From: Myxococcales bacterium
GTDB lineage: Bacteria > Myxococcota_A > Polyangia > Palsa-1104 > SHYY01
Direction of reading: 5' to 3'
Length of the DNA: 64,000 nt
NCBI GenBank assembly: GCA_009692555.1
Contig: SHYY01000002.1
Coordinates: 19,158-83,157 of the forward strand
A program made the position numbers and the translations under genes. The notes beneath the pieces are model-generated. The model was not told the origin of the DNA and did no database searches. It worked only from the letters and a program-made list of their open reading frames with translations. Position 1 is the stretch's first letter. The number at the start of each line of letters is the position of its first letter. This document shows positions 63,999-64,000 of this stretch, in pieces.

Positions 63999-64000
63999 CG

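Overview
Very GC-rich bacterial chromosomal segment (about 70% GC by eye, not computed). The gene content fits a Myxococcota-type genome: six Hanks-type Ser/Thr kinases, an FHA partner, PEGA/TPR/Cys-rich-repeat lipoproteins and two Uma2 nucleases. All calls come from reading the supplied ORF translations and the DNA; no database search or HMM was run, so family names rest on motif recognition. I call about 50 intact protein genes, 5 pseudogenes or gene remnants, 2 tRNAs (His-GTG, Arg-TCT) and several families of short dispersed or palindromic repeats. Most long ORFs in the track are antisense shadow ORFs typical of high-GC DNA and are rejected. Housekeeping genes: hisS, serS, nadE, pncB, an arfB-like gene, an ABC-F ATPase and a DegP/HtrA protease. 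Candidates for novelty, in order: (1) a five-gene minus-strand operon (42.3-49.3 kb) in which NAD-salvage enzymes (NaPRTase, long nicotinamidase) sit with a MIDAS-vWA protein carrying a perfect (GGAAAC)9 leader, a Zn-ribbon beta-rich protein and a cupin-like/HAD fusion, next to a decayed nucleoside-deoxyribosyltransferase-like remnant; (2) two orphan proteins, an autoinhibited Fic enzyme and a partner-less RavA-like AAA+ ATPase (20.2-25.6 kb), with an AT-rich island immediately upstream of the Fic gene; (3) a Uma2 nuclease cassette flanked by a perfect 33-bp direct repeat that duplicates the start of an FHA gene; (4) MITE-like elements, including hexamer-stemmed palindromes, one caught with an 11-bp target duplication inside a gene, and a 191-bp element present as two inverted copies that differ at 3 positions and lie 53.5 kb apart. 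Five frameshifts fall in only three genes. This favours real decay over random sequencing error, but only read-level data can decide.
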